From: Escherichia coli
GTDB taxonomy: Bacteria > Pseudomonadota > Gammaproteobacteria > Enterobacterales > Enterobacteriaceae
Reading direction: 5' to 3' (one strand)
NCBI RefSeq assembly: GCF_003334385.1
Contig: NZ_QOWN01000007.1
Length of the DNA: 64,000 nt
The position numbers were made by a program, and so were the translations under genes. Of this stretch, positions 31,412 through 42,563 are shown in pieces. The notes under the pieces are model-generated. The model was not told the DNA's origin and did no database searches. It saw only the letters and a program-made list of their open reading frames with translations. Every line of letters begins with the position of its first letter. Positions within the stretch are counted from its first letter, which is position 1.

Positions 31412-31751
31412 AGAACATACGCCCGCTATTGTCGTTACGGAAATAGGTGACTGTATCAGTACATGGAATGAGGTGCTTCTTGGCATTGAAGAGGAAGGCA
31501 TCCCCTTTCGCATTCAACACATTCCGTCAGGTGAAGTTATCGATAGCGCCTGGCTGGCTGCTCGTCAATCTCCCCTGTTGGTTGGCATTGCCTGCGATCA
31601 GGAAAAACTGATTGTGCATTACAAAAACTTACCGGCATCAGCGCCACTGTTTACGCTGATGTATCAACAAGATAACCATGCCCGGCGCAGCATTGGCTCT
31701 AACGCAGCCCGCCTGGTAAAAGGGATTCCCTTCCGGGAATTCCACACATAA
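31401..31751 (+). CDS. pduH: Diol dehydratase reactivase small subunit
   Basis: 116 aa, matches PduH. Confidence 0.85.
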
Positions 31752-31770
31752 TCCACAGGAGAAACGCAGT

Positions 31771-32046
31771 ATGAACAACGCACTAGGACTGGTTGAAACA
31801 AAAGGGTTAGTTGGCGCAATTGAAGCTGCAGATGCCATGGTTAAATCCGCCAACGTGCAACTGGTTGGCTATGAAAAGATTGGTTCGGGTCTGATTACGG
31901 TGATGGTCCGCGGTGATGTTGGCGCAGTCAAGGCCGCCGTGGATGCGGGGAGCGCTGCGGCAAGCGCAGTTGGCGAAGTGAAATCCTGCCATGTCATCCC
32001 GCGCCCACACAGTGATGTTGAGGCTATTTTACCTAAATCGGCATAA
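31771..32046 (+). CDS. pduJ: BMC-H shell protein
   Basis: 91 aa PduA paralogue. Confidence 0.9.
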   Translation: MNNALGLVETKGLVGAIEAADAMVKSANVQLVGYEKIGSGLITVMVRGDVGAVKAAVDAGSAAASAVGEVKSCHVIPRPHSDVEAILPKSA

Positions 32047-32069
32047 CCCCATTTGCTAAGGAGCACAGC

Positions 32070-32492
32070 GTGAAGCAATCACTGGGATTACTTGAAGTCA
32101 GTGGTCTGGCTCTCGCCATCAGTTGCGCAGACGCTATGGCAAAAGCCGCGTCCATCACGCTGGTTGGCCTTGAGAAGACCAATGGCTCAGGCTGGACGCT
32201 CATCAAAATCACCGGTGACGTCGCCTCGGTTAATGCGGCGATCGCGACGGGAGCCAGTTTCGCCGGACAGCGAAATGGCCTTGTCGCACACAAAGTGATT
32301 GCCCGCCCGGGAGACGGCATTCTGCCCCACACAACTGAAGCATTGACCGTGACGGTTGAAACAAGCAAAACACCAGCAACAACCGTCACCTCAGAGATTA
32401 TCAGTTGTAATTTGTGTCTTGACCCGGCATGTCAGCGGCAAAAAGGTGAGCCCCGCTCACTTTGCCTGTACGCCAATAAGCGAGGGGAGTAG
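32070..32492 (+). CDS. pduK: BMC shell protein with C-terminal extension
   Basis: BMC domain plus Cys-containing tail. Confidence 0.8.
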   Translation: MKQSLGLLEVSGLALAISCADAMAKAASITLVGLEKTNGSGWTLIKITGDVASVNAAIATGASFAGQRNGLVAHKVIARPGDGILPHTTEALTVTVETSKTPATTVTSEIISCNLCLDPACQRQKGEPRSLCLYANKRGE

Positions 32493-32494
32493 CA

Positions 32495-33127
32495 GTGGAT
32501 AAACAAACCTTGCAGGAAACAGTGAACCAGATTCTGGATGAGATGCGCGAGCGCCCTATCCCACTGGGCGTTTCCAGTCGCCATATACATCTTTCAACAG
32601 CGGATTATTTGCGTCTTTTTCCTGAACAACCGATTAGCGAGAAAAAGCCGTTAATGCAACCTGGCCAATACGCTGCGGAACAGGTTGTTACGCTGGAGGG
32701 ACCAAAAGGCAAATTGCACAACGTTCGCTTGTTGGGGCCGCTACGCAATGCAAGTCAGGTGGAAATTTCCCGGACGGACGCCAGAACGTTAGGGATCACC
32801 GCCCCGCTACGCATGTCAGGCGATCTCAGCGGCACTCCGGGGATTCGTTTGATAAGCCCATTTGCGGAACTGGAGATCACATCTGGCGTTATTGTCGCGC
32901 AACGGCATATTCATATGTCTCCGCTGGATGCCCTGATTTATGGCGTTACGCATGGCGATAAAGTGGCGGTTGCCATTGAAGGTGATGAGCGACGACTGAT
33001 ATTCGAAAACGTCGCTGTTCGCGTCTCTCCGGATATGCGTCTTGAAATGCATATTGATACCGATGAGGCCAACGCCGCAGGCGCTGATAGCCCTGACGTT
33101 TTTGCCACACTGGTGTCAGTGCCATGA
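32495..33127 (+). CDS. pduL: Phosphate propanoyltransferase
   Basis: 210 aa, matches PduL. Confidence 0.85.
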   Translation: MDKQTLQETVNQILDEMRERPIPLGVSSRHIHLSTADYLRLFPEQPISEKKPLMQPGQYAAEQVVTLEGPKGKLHNVRLLGPLRNASQVEISRTDARTLGITAPLRMSGDLSGTPGIRLISPFAELEITSGVIVAQRHIHMSPLDALIYGVTHGDKVAVAIEGDERRLIFENVAVRVSPDMRLEMHIDTDEANAAGADSPDVFATLVSVP

Positions 33128-33615
33128 ATAACATGCTGATGCAACGTATTGTTGACGAAGTGGTTTTTCGCCTTAAACAACGTGCGGGAAAAACACTCGT
33201 GCTGACTGTTTTTCAACTGCGAGACGCCAGCGTTCAAGAGAGCGTTCATCAGTATGCGTCATTACAAATCCGATATGTCGATCTGCCGCTGCTGCGACAA
33301 CTTGCGGAGAACGAAACGTCAGATCGAGCAGCGATTCAGATACACGAAGCGTTAGCCTGGGGATTGCACATTCAATTGTCGTTGCAGCGTCATTTCCTGA
33401 ACGCCATTGAATTGAAGACTCTCGCCCGTCTACCGCTAAGCTGGTGCGACGAACAAGGGCAACCGATCTACCTTCATCGTGATCGACTTTTAAGTTATGC
33501 CGATATCGCACAGTTAAGCTCGGGAATACTGGTTTTACAGCGGAAATGTTGTGTGACCGCACTGGCTCGTGAAGCGGCAATTACCCGAAATATTCAGTTA
33601 ATCAGGCAGGAGTAA
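33124..33615 (+). CDS. pduM: Microcompartment structural protein PduM
   Basis: 163 aa, position and sequence. Confidence 0.75.
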   Translation: MNNMLMQRIVDEVVFRLKQRAGKTLVLTVFQLRDASVQESVHQYASLQIRYVDLPLLRQLAENETSDRAAIQIHEALAWGLHIQLSLQRHFLNAIELKTLARLPLSWCDEQGQPIYLHRDRLLSYADIAQLSSGILVLQRKCCVTALAREAAITRNIQLIRQE

Positions 33616-33618
33616 CTT

Positions 33619-33894
33619 ATGCATCTGGCTCGAGTCACTGGCGCGGTAGTATCCACGCAAAAATCACCTTCTCTGATCGGGAAAAAACTGCTGCTGGTTC
33701 GCCGGATCAGTGCTGACGGCGAACTGCCTCTCACGCCATTAACCGGCGACGAAGTTGCCGTTGATTCAGTCGGCGCAGGCGTTGGTGAGTTGGTACTCCT
33801 CAGCAGTGGTTCCAGCGCCAGACATGTGTTTTCAGGCCCTAACGAGGCCATCGACCTGGCAGTGGTCGGCATTGTCGATACGCTTTCGCGCTAA
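33619..33894 (+). CDS. pduN: BMC vertex (pentamer) protein
   Basis: 91 aa EutN/CcmL-like. Confidence 0.85.
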   Translation: MHLARVTGAVVSTQKSPSLIGKKLLLVRRISADGELPLTPLTGDEVAVDSVGAGVGELVLLSSGSSARHVFSGPNEAIDLAVVGIVDTLSR

Positions 33895-33905
33895 GGAGCT
33901 AAAAG

Positions 33906-34913
33906 ATGGCAATTTATACCCGAACAGGTGATTCAGGAAGTACGTCTTTATTTACCGGACAGCGCGTCAGCAAAACTCATCTACGTGTCGAAACCTATGG
34001 CACGCTGGATGAACTGAACGCGACACTCAGTCTGTGTTATTGCGCCACCGCCATCGAAAGCCATCGCATCTTACTGGAAGCCATTCAACAACAGATATTT
34101 TGGTTTAGCGCCGAACTCGCCAGTGAAAGTGAACAGCCGTCAGCGCAACAGCGTTACATCGGTACGGAAGAAATTGCTGCGCTGGAAAACGCGATCGATA
34201 GCGCAATGAACGCCGTCCCCCCAGTTCACAGCTTCATTCTGCCTGGTCGATGTGAAGCCGCGAGCCGCATGCATTTCGCCCGCACAGTGGCTCGACGGGC
34301 TGAAAGACGTCTGGTTGAACTGACAACGGAAACCACCGTCCGGAATGTTTTGCTGCACTATATCAACCGACTTTCCGATTGTCTGTATGCCCTCGCCCGC
34401 GTGGAAGACAACGTTGCTCATCAAAACCTGATGATTCAGGAAATCACAAAACGTTATCACGAAGCCAACCACATACCAGCATTGAAGGAACGCACAATGC
34501 CGCTCACTTTTCAGGATCTTCACCAGCTCATTCGTAGTGCGGCAATGCGCGCGGATGAACTGCATATTCCCGTTGTCATCAGCATTGTTGATGCCAACGG
34601 AACAGAAAGTGTTACCTGGCGGATGCCTGATGCCCTGTTGGTCAGCAGTGAACTGGCACCGAAAAAAGCCTGGACCGCCGTGGCGATGAAAACGGCAACC
34701 CACAAACTTGCTGATACCGTGCAACCCGGCGCGCCGCTTTACGGGCTCGAAAGCCATATGCAAGGCAAAGTCGTCACTTTTGGTGGCGGCTTCCCCCTCT
34801 GGCGTGACGGAAAATTGCTTGGCGGGCTTGGCATCAGCGGCGGTAGCGTTGAACAAGACATGGATATTGCTCAAAGCGCAATGGCGGCAATTAACGTGGG
34901 AGTAAACCAATGA
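33906..34913 (+). CDS. pduO: ATP:cob(I)alamin adenosyltransferase with C-terminal DUF336 domain
   Basis: 335 aa, matches PduO. Confidence 0.85.
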   Translation: MAIYTRTGDSGSTSLFTGQRVSKTHLRVETYGTLDELNATLSLCYCATAIESHRILLEAIQQQIFWFSAELASESEQPSAQQRYIGTEEIAALENAIDSAMNAVPPVHSFILPGRCEAASRMHFARTVARRAERRLVELTTETTVRNVLLHYINRLSDCLYALARVEDNVAHQNLMIQEITKRYHEANHIPALKERTMPLTFQDLHQLIRSAAMRADELHIPVVISIVDANGTESVTWRMPDALLVSSELAPKKAWTAVAMKTATHKLADTVQPGAPLYGLESHMQGKVVTFGGGFPLWRDGKLLGGLGISGGSVEQDMDIAQSAMAAINVGVNQ

Positions 34914-36295
34914 ATAACTCTGAATTAGAAACACTGATCCGCAATATTCTGCGCGAGCAACTTGTCCCCGCTACACCACGAACGCTAAGAAACGCTATTT
35001 TCCAGACTGTTGATGAAGCGGTCTGCGCAGCACACCAGGCCTTTTTACGCTTTCAACAGTGCCCGCTTAAAACCCGTAGCGCCATTATCAGTGCTATTCG
35101 CGAAGAATTAATGCCCCGCCTTACCGAACTGGCAGAAGAAAGCGCCAAAGAAACGGGGATGGGAAATAAAGAAGATAAGTACCTAAAAAACAAAGCGGCA
35201 CTCGATAATACGCCAGGAGTTGAAGATTTAACCACCACTGCACTAACCGGTGATGGTGGCATGGTTTTGTTTGAATACTCCCCGTTTGGGGTTATTGGCT
35301 CGGTCACGCCAAGCACCAATCCCACGGAAACCATCATTAACAACAGCATCAGCATGCTGGCAGCAGGTAATAGCGTCTACTTCAGTCCACACCCGGGAGC
35401 CAAATACGTTTCGTTAAAACTGATTACCACAATCGAAGACATCGCGTTTCGCTGTAGTGGCATTCATAACCTGATCGTTACCGTATCTGAACCGACCTTT
35501 GCTGCTACCGAACAGATGATGGCGCACCCTAAAATCAGCGTTCTGGCGATTACCGGCGGTCCGGGGATCGTCGCCATGGGAATGAAAAGTGGCAAGAAAG
35601 TGATTGGTGCCGGAGCGGGTAACCCTCCGTGTATCGTCGATGAAACGGCGGATATTGTGAAAGCCGCCGAAGATATCATCAACGGCGCTTCATTTGATTA
35701 CAACCTGCCGTGTATCGCTGAAAAAAGCCTGATTGTCGTAGCATCAGTGGCAGAGTATTTAATTCAGCAGATGCAAAGTTTTGGCGCGCTTCTTCTTAAC
35801 TATGAGCAAACGGAGAAATTGCGTGCAATTTGCCTGCCAGACGGTAGCGCCAACAAAAAACTGGTTGGGAAAAGCCCATCAGCCTTGCTGGAAGCGGCAG
35901 GCCTCCCTTTGCCCGCAAAAGCGCCGCGCCTACTGATTGCTGTTGTCGACGCCAATGATAGTTGGGTTACTTGTGAACAACTGATGCCAATGCTGCCCAT
36001 TGTGAAGGTCAACGATTTTGATAGCGCTCTCACCCTGGCGCTGAAAGTGGAAGACGGCTTGCACCACACGGCAATTATGCACTCGCAGAACGTCTCACGG
36101 CTCAACCTTGCCGCACGCGTTATGCAAACCTCAATCTTTGTCAAAAACGGCCCCTCCTGGGCGGGTATTGGCGTCGGCGGCGAAGGCTTTACGACCTTTA
36201 CCATTGCAACACCGACCGGAGAAGGGACAACGTCAGCCCGGACTTTTGCCCGCTCACGACGCTGCGTGTTAACCAGCGGCTTTTCAATTCGCTAG
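34910..36295 (+). CDS. pduP: CoA-acylating propionaldehyde dehydrogenase
   Basis: 461 aa aldehyde dehydrogenase with N-terminal encapsulation helix. Confidence 0.85.
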   Translation: MNNSELETLIRNILREQLVPATPRTLRNAIFQTVDEAVCAAHQAFLRFQQCPLKTRSAIISAIREELMPRLTELAEESAKETGMGNKEDKYLKNKAALDNTPGVEDLTTTALTGDGGMVLFEYSPFGVIGSVTPSTNPTETIINNSISMLAAGNSVYFSPHPGAKYVSLKLITTIEDIAFRCSGIHNLIVTVSEPTFAATEQMMAHPKISVLAITGGPGIVAMGMKSGKKVIGAGAGNPPCIVDETADIVKAAEDIINGASFDYNLPCIAEKSLIVVASVAEYLIQQMQSFGALLLNYEQTEKLRAICLPDGSANKKLVGKSPSALLEAAGLPLPAKAPRLLIAVVDANDSWVTCEQLMPMLPIVKVNDFDSALTLALKVEDGLHHTAIMHSQNVSRLNLAARVMQTSIFVKNGPSWAGIGVGGEGFTTFTIATPTGEGTTSARTFARSRRCVLTSGFSIR

Positions 36296-36305
36296 AGAAA
36301 CGGAA

Positions 36306-37418
36306 ATGAATACTTTTTCACTGCAGACGCGTTTATACAGCGGACCGGGAAGTCTCAAGGTACTTAGCCGTTTCTCTCATAAACACATCTGGATTATTTG
36401 CGACGTCTTTCTGGCACGCTCACCACTCATTAACACGTTGCATCAGGCGCTGCCCGACAGTAATCGTCTTAGTATTTTTAGCGAAATAACGCCCGACCCA
36501 ACTATCCAGACCGTGGTGAAAGGCATTGCGCAAATGCAGACTTTACGCCCGGATGTGGTTATCGGTTTTGGCGGCGGTTCTGCCCTGGACGCCGCAAAAG
36601 CGATTGTCTGGTTCGGTCGCCAGTGTGGCATTGAAATTGAAACCTGCGTAGCCATTCCTACCACCAGCGGTACCGGTTCCGAAGTGACCAGTGCTTGTGT
36701 CATCAGCGATCCTGAGAAAGGGATTAAATATCCCCTTTTCGATAATGCACTTTATCCGGATATTGCGATCCTTGATCCATCTCTGGTCGTCAGCGTGCCA
36801 CCGGCGATAACGGCCAATACCGGGATGGATGTTTTAACCCATGCGCTTGAAGCTTATGTTTCTCCTCGCGCCAGCGACTTCACGGATGCACTGGTCGAAA
36901 AAGCCGTGCAAATTGTTTTTCAATACCTGCCCACTGCAGTGAAAAAAGGCGATTGTCTTGCCTCCCGTGGCAAAATGCATAATTCATCGACGCTTGCAGG
37001 AATGGCCTTTAGCCAGGCCGGACTCGGTTTAAACCATGCAATTGCTCATCAACTCGGCGGACAGTTTCATCTGCCGCACGGACTGGCGAATGCGCTCCTG
37101 CTCACGGCAGTTATCCGCTTTAATGCTGGCGATCCGCGCGCTGCCAAACGCTATGCCCGGCTGGCGAAAACGTGCCATTTATGCCCGGACAACGCCAATG
37201 ATACCGCCAGCCTGAATGCACTTATTCAACATATTGAGCAGCTTAAAACAACCTGTACGCTGCCGACTCTTGCCAATGCGCTGAAAGAAAAAAAAGCAGA
37301 ATGGTCAATACGCATACCAGATATGGTTCAGGCGGCGCTGGCGGATGCAACGTTGCGTACCAACCCGCGTGCGGCTGATGCCTCCGCGATTGCAGAACTG
37401 CTCGAGGAGTTGTTATGA
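36306..37418 (+). CDS. pduQ: Propanol dehydrogenase (iron-containing ADH)
   Basis: 370 aa Fe-ADH family. Confidence 0.85.
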   Translation: MNTFSLQTRLYSGPGSLKVLSRFSHKHIWIICDVFLARSPLINTLHQALPDSNRLSIFSEITPDPTIQTVVKGIAQMQTLRPDVVIGFGGGSALDAAKAIVWFGRQCGIEIETCVAIPTTSGTGSEVTSACVISDPEKGIKYPLFDNALYPDIAILDPSLVVSVPPAITANTGMDVLTHALEAYVSPRASDFTDALVEKAVQIVFQYLPTAVKKGDCLASRGKMHNSSTLAGMAFSQAGLGLNHAIAHQLGGQFHLPHGLANALLLTAVIRFNAGDPRAAKRYARLAKTCHLCPDNANDTASLNALIQHIEQLKTTCTLPTLANALKEKKAEWSIRIPDMVQAALADATLRTNPRAADASAIAELLEELL

Positions 37419-38758
37419 ACGTCGAGTTAACCTCCTGCGACGACCAGATCATCCGCGAGCGAGTACAAGCAGCAGGTGTCGTGGGTGCTGGCGGCGCAGG
37501 TTTTCCAACCCATATTAAGCTACAAGCGCGTGTTGACACTTTCCTGGTGAATGCGGCGGAATGCGAACCCATGTTGAAAGTGGATCAACAGTTAATGGCG
37601 CAGCAAGCCAGTCGCCTGCTTCGCGGTGTTCACTATGCGATGAAAGCCACCGGGGCCAGTAGCGGAATCATCGCGCTGAAAGAGAAATATCAACTGGCAA
37701 TAAACGCACTCACACCACTGTTACCACCGGATATCCGCCTGCATATTTTGCCCGATGTTTACCCCGCAGGAGACGAAGTGCTGACCATCTGGATGGCAAC
37801 TGGTCGCCGCGTTCCACCCGCTGCATTACCCGTTAGCGTCGGTGTGGTGGTCAATAATGTTCAAACCGTACTTAATATTGCCAGAGCCGTCGAGCAACAG
37901 TATCCAGTGACGCACCGCACACTCACCGTTAATGGTGCAGTGGCGAAACCAATAACGGTAACCGTCCCCATCGGCATGTCTTTACGTGAAGTCCTGGCGC
38001 TGGCGGGCGGCGCAACAGTGGATGCTCCTGGTTTTATCAATGGCGGGCCGATGATGGGAAGTTTGATCACATCGCTCGACACACCAGTCAGCAAAACCAC
38101 TGGCGGCTTGCTGGTTTTACCCAACTCTCATTCACTGATCCAACGTCGAATGCAGAATGACCGCAGCGTACTTGCCGTCGCGAAAACTGTTTGTGAGCAA
38201 TGCCGCTTGTGTACCGATCTCTGTCCACGTCATTTAATCGGCCACGAACTGGCTCCCCATTTACTAGTACGTGCGGTTAACTACCAACAGCTCGCTACGC
38301 CGCAACTGTTACTGACGGCGCTCACCTGTTCAGAGTGCAACGTCTGCGCCAGTGTCGCCTGTCCGGTAGGAATTTCACCAATGCGCATAAACCGCCTGCT
38401 TAAGCAGGAATTACGCGCAAAAAATCTCCGTTACGAAGGTACCTTAAATCCTGCAGATCCCATGGCAAATTATCGACTGATTCCCGTAAAACAGCTGGTA
38501 ACCAGACTTGGCTTAACCCCGTGGTATCAGGATGCGCCATTGTCTGAACAGGTGCCTCAGCCCGAAAAAGTGACGTTATTGTTACGCCAGCACATCGGTG
38601 CCAGCGCAATTGCGTGTGTACAAAAAGGCGATCGCGTCGTTCATGGGCAATGTGTAGGTCAAATTCCACACGGCACATTAGGTGCCCCCATTCATGCCAG
38701 TATTGATGGCATGGTCAGCGATGTGACAGAAAACGCGATTACGCTTGTGAGAGGTTAA
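37415..38758 (+). CDS. pduS: Cobalamin reductase (Fe-S flavoprotein)
   Basis: 447 aa, Cys clusters [12 protein letters not shown] and CSECNVC. Confidence 0.85.
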   Translation: MNVELTSCDDQIIRERVQAAGVVGAGGAGFPTHIKLQARVDTFLVNAAECEPMLKVDQQLMAQQASRLLRGVHYAMKATGASSGIIALKEKYQLAINALTPLLPPDIRLHILPDVYPAGDEVLTIWMATGRRVPPAALPVSVGVVVNNVQTVLNIARAVEQQYPVTHRTLTVNGAVAKPITVTVPIGMSLREVLALAGGATVDAPGFINGGPMMGSLITSLDTPVSKTTGGLLVLPNSHSLIQRRMQNDRSVLAVAKTVCEQCRLCTDLCPRHLIGHELAPHLLVRAVNYQQLATPQLLLTALTCSECNVCASVACPVGISPMRINRLLKQELRAKNLRYEGTLNPADPMANYRLIPVKQLVTRLGLTPWYQDAPLSEQVPQPEKVTLLLRQHIGASAIACVQKGDRVVHGQCVGQIPHGTLGAPIHASIDGMVSDVTENAITLVRG

Positions 38759-38760
38759 CC

Positions 38761-39315
38761 ATGTCGAAAGCGGTAGGTATTTTAGAACTTAGCAGTATCG
38801 CGAAAGGGATGGAAACCGGCGACGCCATGCTGAAAAGCGCCAACGTTGAGTTACTGGTCAGCAAAACGCTATGCCCCGGAAAATTTCTGCTGATGCTCGG
38901 TGGCGATGTGGGCGCGGTGCAACAGGCCATCAACAGCGGAGCGTCCCTTGCTGGTGAAATGCTGGTCGACAGTCTTGTCCTGCCGAATATTCATCCCAGC
39001 CTCCTTTCTGCAATCAGCGGACTTAACCATGTTGAACAGCACCGGGCTGTCGGCGTAGTCGAAACCTGGAGTGTCGCCGCCTGCATTGACGCTGCCGATT
39101 GTGCTGTCAAAGCTGCGAATGTCATTCTCGTTCGCGTACATATGGCTTTTGGCATTGGCGGTAAATGCTACATGGTGGTTGCTGGCGATATTTCAGATGT
39201 TAATAACGCGGTCTCTGTCGCCAGCGAGCGTGCGGGGGAAAAAGGTTTGTTGGTCTATCGGTCGGTGATTGCCCGTCCACATGAAGCCATGTGGCGTCAG
39301 ATGGTGGAGGGATAA
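38761..39315 (+). CDS. pduT: Tandem-BMC shell protein
   Basis: 184 aa, two BMC domains. Confidence 0.85.
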   Translation: MSKAVGILELSSIAKGMETGDAMLKSANVELLVSKTLCPGKFLLMLGGDVGAVQQAINSGASLAGEMLVDSLVLPNIHPSLLSAISGLNHVEQHRAVGVVETWSVAACIDAADCAVKAANVILVRVHMAFGIGGKCYMVVAGDISDVNNAVSVASERAGEKGLLVYRSVIARPHEAMWRQMVEG

Positions 39316-39665
39316 TGACAACTCAGCACACAACTGAACGGATGATTCAGGAATATGTCCCTGGTAAGCAGGTCACGCTGGCACATGTCATCGCCAATCC
39401 AGGGAAGGATCTGTTTAAGAAATTGGGTTTACCAGACACCATTTCCGCTATTGGCATTCTGACGATTACCCCCAGCGAAGCATCTATCATCGCATGCGAT
39501 ATCGCCACAAAATCAGGCGCTGTAGAGATCGGTTTTCTTGATCGTTTTACCGGTGCCGTAGTGCTGACTGGTGATGTTTCTGCGATCGAATATGCACTTA
39601 GCCAGGTTACCCGTACGCTGGGTGAAATGATGCGCTTTACCGCCTGCCCCATTACGCGAACCTGA
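39315..39665 (+). CDS. pduU: Permuted BMC shell protein (start at [12 protein letters not shown], overlapping the pduT stop as TAATG)
   Basis: 116 aa, matches PduU. Confidence 0.8.
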   Translation: MTTQHTTERMIQEYVPGKQVTLAHVIANPGKDLFKKLGLPDTISAIGILTITPSEASIIACDIATKSGAVEIGFLDRFTGAVVLTGDVSAIEYALSQVTRTLGEMMRFTACPITRT

Positions 39666-39669
39666 CGTT

Positions 39670-40113
39670 ATGCAACGTATGATGCTCATCGGCCCCAGCC
39701 AGTGCGGAAAAACGTCACTCACGCAATGTCTGCGTAGCGAAAATATTCATTATCAGAAAACGCAGGCAATCGTCTGGTCCCCGACCACCATTGATACACC
39801 AGGCGAATACCTCGAAAACCGCAGCCTCTACAGTGCACTGTTGGTCAGTGCCTGCGAAGCAGACATTATCGCGCTGGTGCTTAATGCGGACGCACCGTGG
39901 TCACCTTTTTCGCCAGGCTTTACCTTGTCAATGAATCGCCCGGTCATTGGAGTAGTAACCAAAGCAGATTTAGCCAGCATGGAACAAATATCTTTGGTGA
40001 AATGTTGGTTACGGGAAGCTGGAGCGCACAACGTGTTAGTAACCAGTGCGGTTAATAACAATGGAGTGGCAGAACTTTTAGCCTTGCTGCATACAGAAGA
40101 AGGCTGTCGCTAA
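39670..40113 (+). CDS. pduV: Small GTPase-like protein PduV
   Basis: 147 aa, P-loop GPSQCGKTS. Confidence 0.8.
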   Translation: MQRMMLIGPSQCGKTSLTQCLRSENIHYQKTQAIVWSPTTIDTPGEYLENRSLYSALLVSACEADIIALVLNADAPWSPFSPGFTLSMNRPVIGVVTKADLASMEQISLVKCWLREAGAHNVLVTSAVNNNGVAELLALLHTEEGCR

Positions 40114-40172
40114 TTTCGACAGGTTATCAGATGGGAATGATGACGGTGATACACAGAAAAGAATCAATGAAC

Positions 40173-40200
40173 ATTGAGGGTTGCCAGGCAACCCTCAATG
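40173..40200. terminator. Long inverted repeat (cattgagggttgcc / ggcaaccctcaatg) between convergent pduV and yeeX; U-rich tail on the minus strand
   Basis: Perfect 12-14 bp stem read from sequence. Confidence 0.55.
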
Positions 40201-40213
40201 AATAAAACAGGAA

Positions 40214-40543
40214 TTACTTCGCTTCGCCGTTTTTCATTTCGCCCATAGCTTTCAGCTTTTTGGAGATATCACGGCGTTCTTTGGAGAGCTCGGCATTTTT
40301 GATGATGTAATCGTCAACACGATCTTCATAGTCACCCTTCATGCTGGCGATGATGCCCTGGATTGCTTCAACGCTCATCCCCGGCTTGATGTAATCGCTC
40401 AGGTTGTCCAGCAGCAGGACGCGCTTCTGGTTGTCACGGATCTTTTTCTCAACGTCCTGAATTTCACGTTGCAGTTTGTTCTTACGACGGAACAGACGAA
40501 CAAATTCCAGTACGTCCTGGAATGAAGGCTTGGTAGTTTCCAT
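40214..40543 (-). CDS. yeeX: DUF496 family protein YeeX (start at METTKPSF)
   Basis: Matches K-12 YeeX. Confidence 0.85.
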   Translation of the reverse strand: METTKPSFQDVLEFVRLFRRKNKLQREIQDVEKKIRDNQKRVLLLDNLSDYIKPGMSVEAIQGIIASMKGDYEDRVDDYIIKNAELSKERRDISKKLKAMGEMKNGEAK

Positions 40544-40714
40544 TTTTATACCCCTGATAATGTGAGAGTCGGATTCGTTTAAGCAACCGCTATTCGTTAG
40601 GGCCAACATTACTCATAGCTGCCGCAGATGACAATGCTTTTATCCCTTTTCACTATCATACCCTTTATCCTTGCTGAATCGAAGCAGCAGCAAGATGATT
40701 CTGAAGTTCAGGAA

Positions 40715-41773
40715 TTATTTGCGCAAGGCCCGGCAAATCAGATTCGATAGCAACTCAAGCTGATGTGCCGTTTCCATGTTCAGCCACACATAACCATAGA
40801 TTGGTGTTTCCACAACCTTCAGGTCATGGTGGTTATTGAGCAACTGACGCAGCTCTTCCACAGCATCGTTCAATTTTTCCGTATTGGCAAAAACCGGCTG
40901 CGGATTACCTTCGTACAGCGCATGAACAAGGCTCAGCAGTATTTGCTGCATCATGTGCTGGGTATCACGAAGTTTTTGCGCGTTCAATAACACGAAATGG
41001 CTGGGGCGCGTGGCCCAGTACGCATTGATTTGCAACTCCAGCATACAAACCAGATTGCGGTTAATGGTCTGGATACCTTCATATATCGATTTTGGAATAC
41101 GGGTTTCTTTGCTGGCGGGCGCAATCAGCCCACGCATTTTCACGGCATCGGTCAGGAGTTTTTGTAGATGGCTTTCCAGACGTGGGCGTTCGAGTAAGTT
41201 CGGTGAGAATGCTGATTGATAGACCCGATTATACTCGGTCAGACTTTTCGCCAGTTGAATGCGCCAGTGGATGAACGCCCGTTGTGGCCAGATACCGGTA
41301 AACAACATTGCCAGTAAAGAGCCGAGGATCACATCGCCGCTTCGCCATAACGCCGTATCAATTTCACCTGTCGGGGAACCCACAACAATTGCCAGCGTCA
41401 CCCCAATCAATAAACCTTGATACGGTTTCTTGCCCAGCGCCAGCCAACCGCAAAGGAACATGGCCGCCGCGCACCAGACTAACATCAGCGGTAACGAGAT
41501 TAACTCCAGTTGCAGAGCGATAAGACCTAATATCGAACCCAACACCGTACCGCCAATACGTTCGAAGGCACGAGGGACAACGTTACCCCAGAACGAGATT
41601 GGCCCCATAATCACCACCATGGTGACCAGCGGCCAGGTGCTTTCAGGGATAGTAAACAGGCGGATAATGAGAAAAGTGAGCAGGAATGCCAGCGCGACCC
41701 GAGTACCATGCACAATGCGGTAATGGCGGTATACCCGGATTTCAAACGGGCTTAATGACTTATCGGCAAGCAC
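40715..41773 (-). CDS. yeeA: Inner membrane protein YeeA (putative fusaric-acid-resistance/ArAE family)
   Basis: 352 aa, synteny with sbmC. Confidence 0.85.
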   Translation of the reverse strand: MLADKSLSPFEIRVYRHYRIVHGTRVALAFLLTFLIIRLFTIPESTWPLVTMVVIMGPISFWGNVVPRAFERIGGTVLGSILGLIALQLELISLPLMLVWCAAAMFLCGWLALGKKPYQGLLIGVTLAIVVGSPTGEIDTALWRSGDVILGSLLAMLFTGIWPQRAFIHWRIQLAKSLTEYNRVYQSAFSPNLLERPRLESHLQKLLTDAVKMRGLIAPASKETRIPKSIYEGIQTINRNLVCMLELQINAYWATRPSHFVLLNAQKLRDTQHMMQQILLSLVHALYEGNPQPVFANTEKLNDAVEELRQLLNNHHDLKVVETPIYGYVWLNMETAHQLELLSNLICRALRK

Positions 41774-41971
41774 GCAGAAACTCCGTAATGAAAATTAAAA
41801 GCGCTCATAACACATCTGTCGGCCAGAAGGCGCGCCTCTGAATTATCCGACGGACAAACCGGGAACAGTGTAATTTCCCGGCAGGAGCGAAAAATTTGAA
41901 AGGCGCATCTTACTCTTTTCGCTTTCAAAAAAAAGAGTGGTCATCGCGTTAACACACCGCCCTGAGATGAA

Positions 41972-42445
41972 TTAGTGATGTTTTGGCTGCACCGCAACAT
42001 ACATTTCGATATCCCAGTACCCATCTTCCGCGCCATTGTTCAAATAAACCTCGAAGCAGGGCTTTGGTAACATTTCATAAGCACTGTCCTGCAAGAGGCT
42101 ATTAAAGAACTGATACCAGGGTTTAGCAAAATCATCACCGACTACACGAGCCACCGCAACCGCATACTGACCACCTGAAATTTCTGTCAGAATGACGCCC
42201 TCACTGTTTTCGGGGAGCGTAAAGTTATTCGGTACCGTCACGACGGTGTCGCAGCGTAATTTTTCGGCGGGTGTTTCATCTGGATTGTCGTAATAGACAG
42301 CAACCCACTCCTTCGGCACAATATTTTGGCTATCTACCCACATCATCAACTGCTCAAAACCTTTCTTTACCGTCTGTTCCCACGGGCCAACGAGATGGAA
42401 ACCTGCAACGGTACGTTTATCTTCCTGCTTAATCTCGTAGTTCAT
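41972..42445 (-). CDS. sbmC: DNA gyrase inhibitor SbmC (GyrI)
   Basis: 157 aa, matches SbmC. Confidence 0.9.
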   Translation of the reverse strand: MNYEIKQEDKRTVAGFHLVGPWEQTVKKGFEQLMMWVDSQNIVPKEWVAVYYDNPDETPAEKLRCDTVVTVPNNFTLPENSEGVILTEISGGQYAVAVARVVGDDFAKPWYQFFNSLLQDSAYEMLPKPCFEVYLNNGAEDGYWDIEMYVAVQPKHH

Positions 42446-42563
42446 GACGCCTCCATTAATACTGTTTTTATATACAGTATAGTTGCAATATTAAAACCAC
42501 AAGGAATGAGTGTTGATTATGCGAGCAGACTCGCACTCCTGCCAGTCTGCTGCAAAAGAAAGG

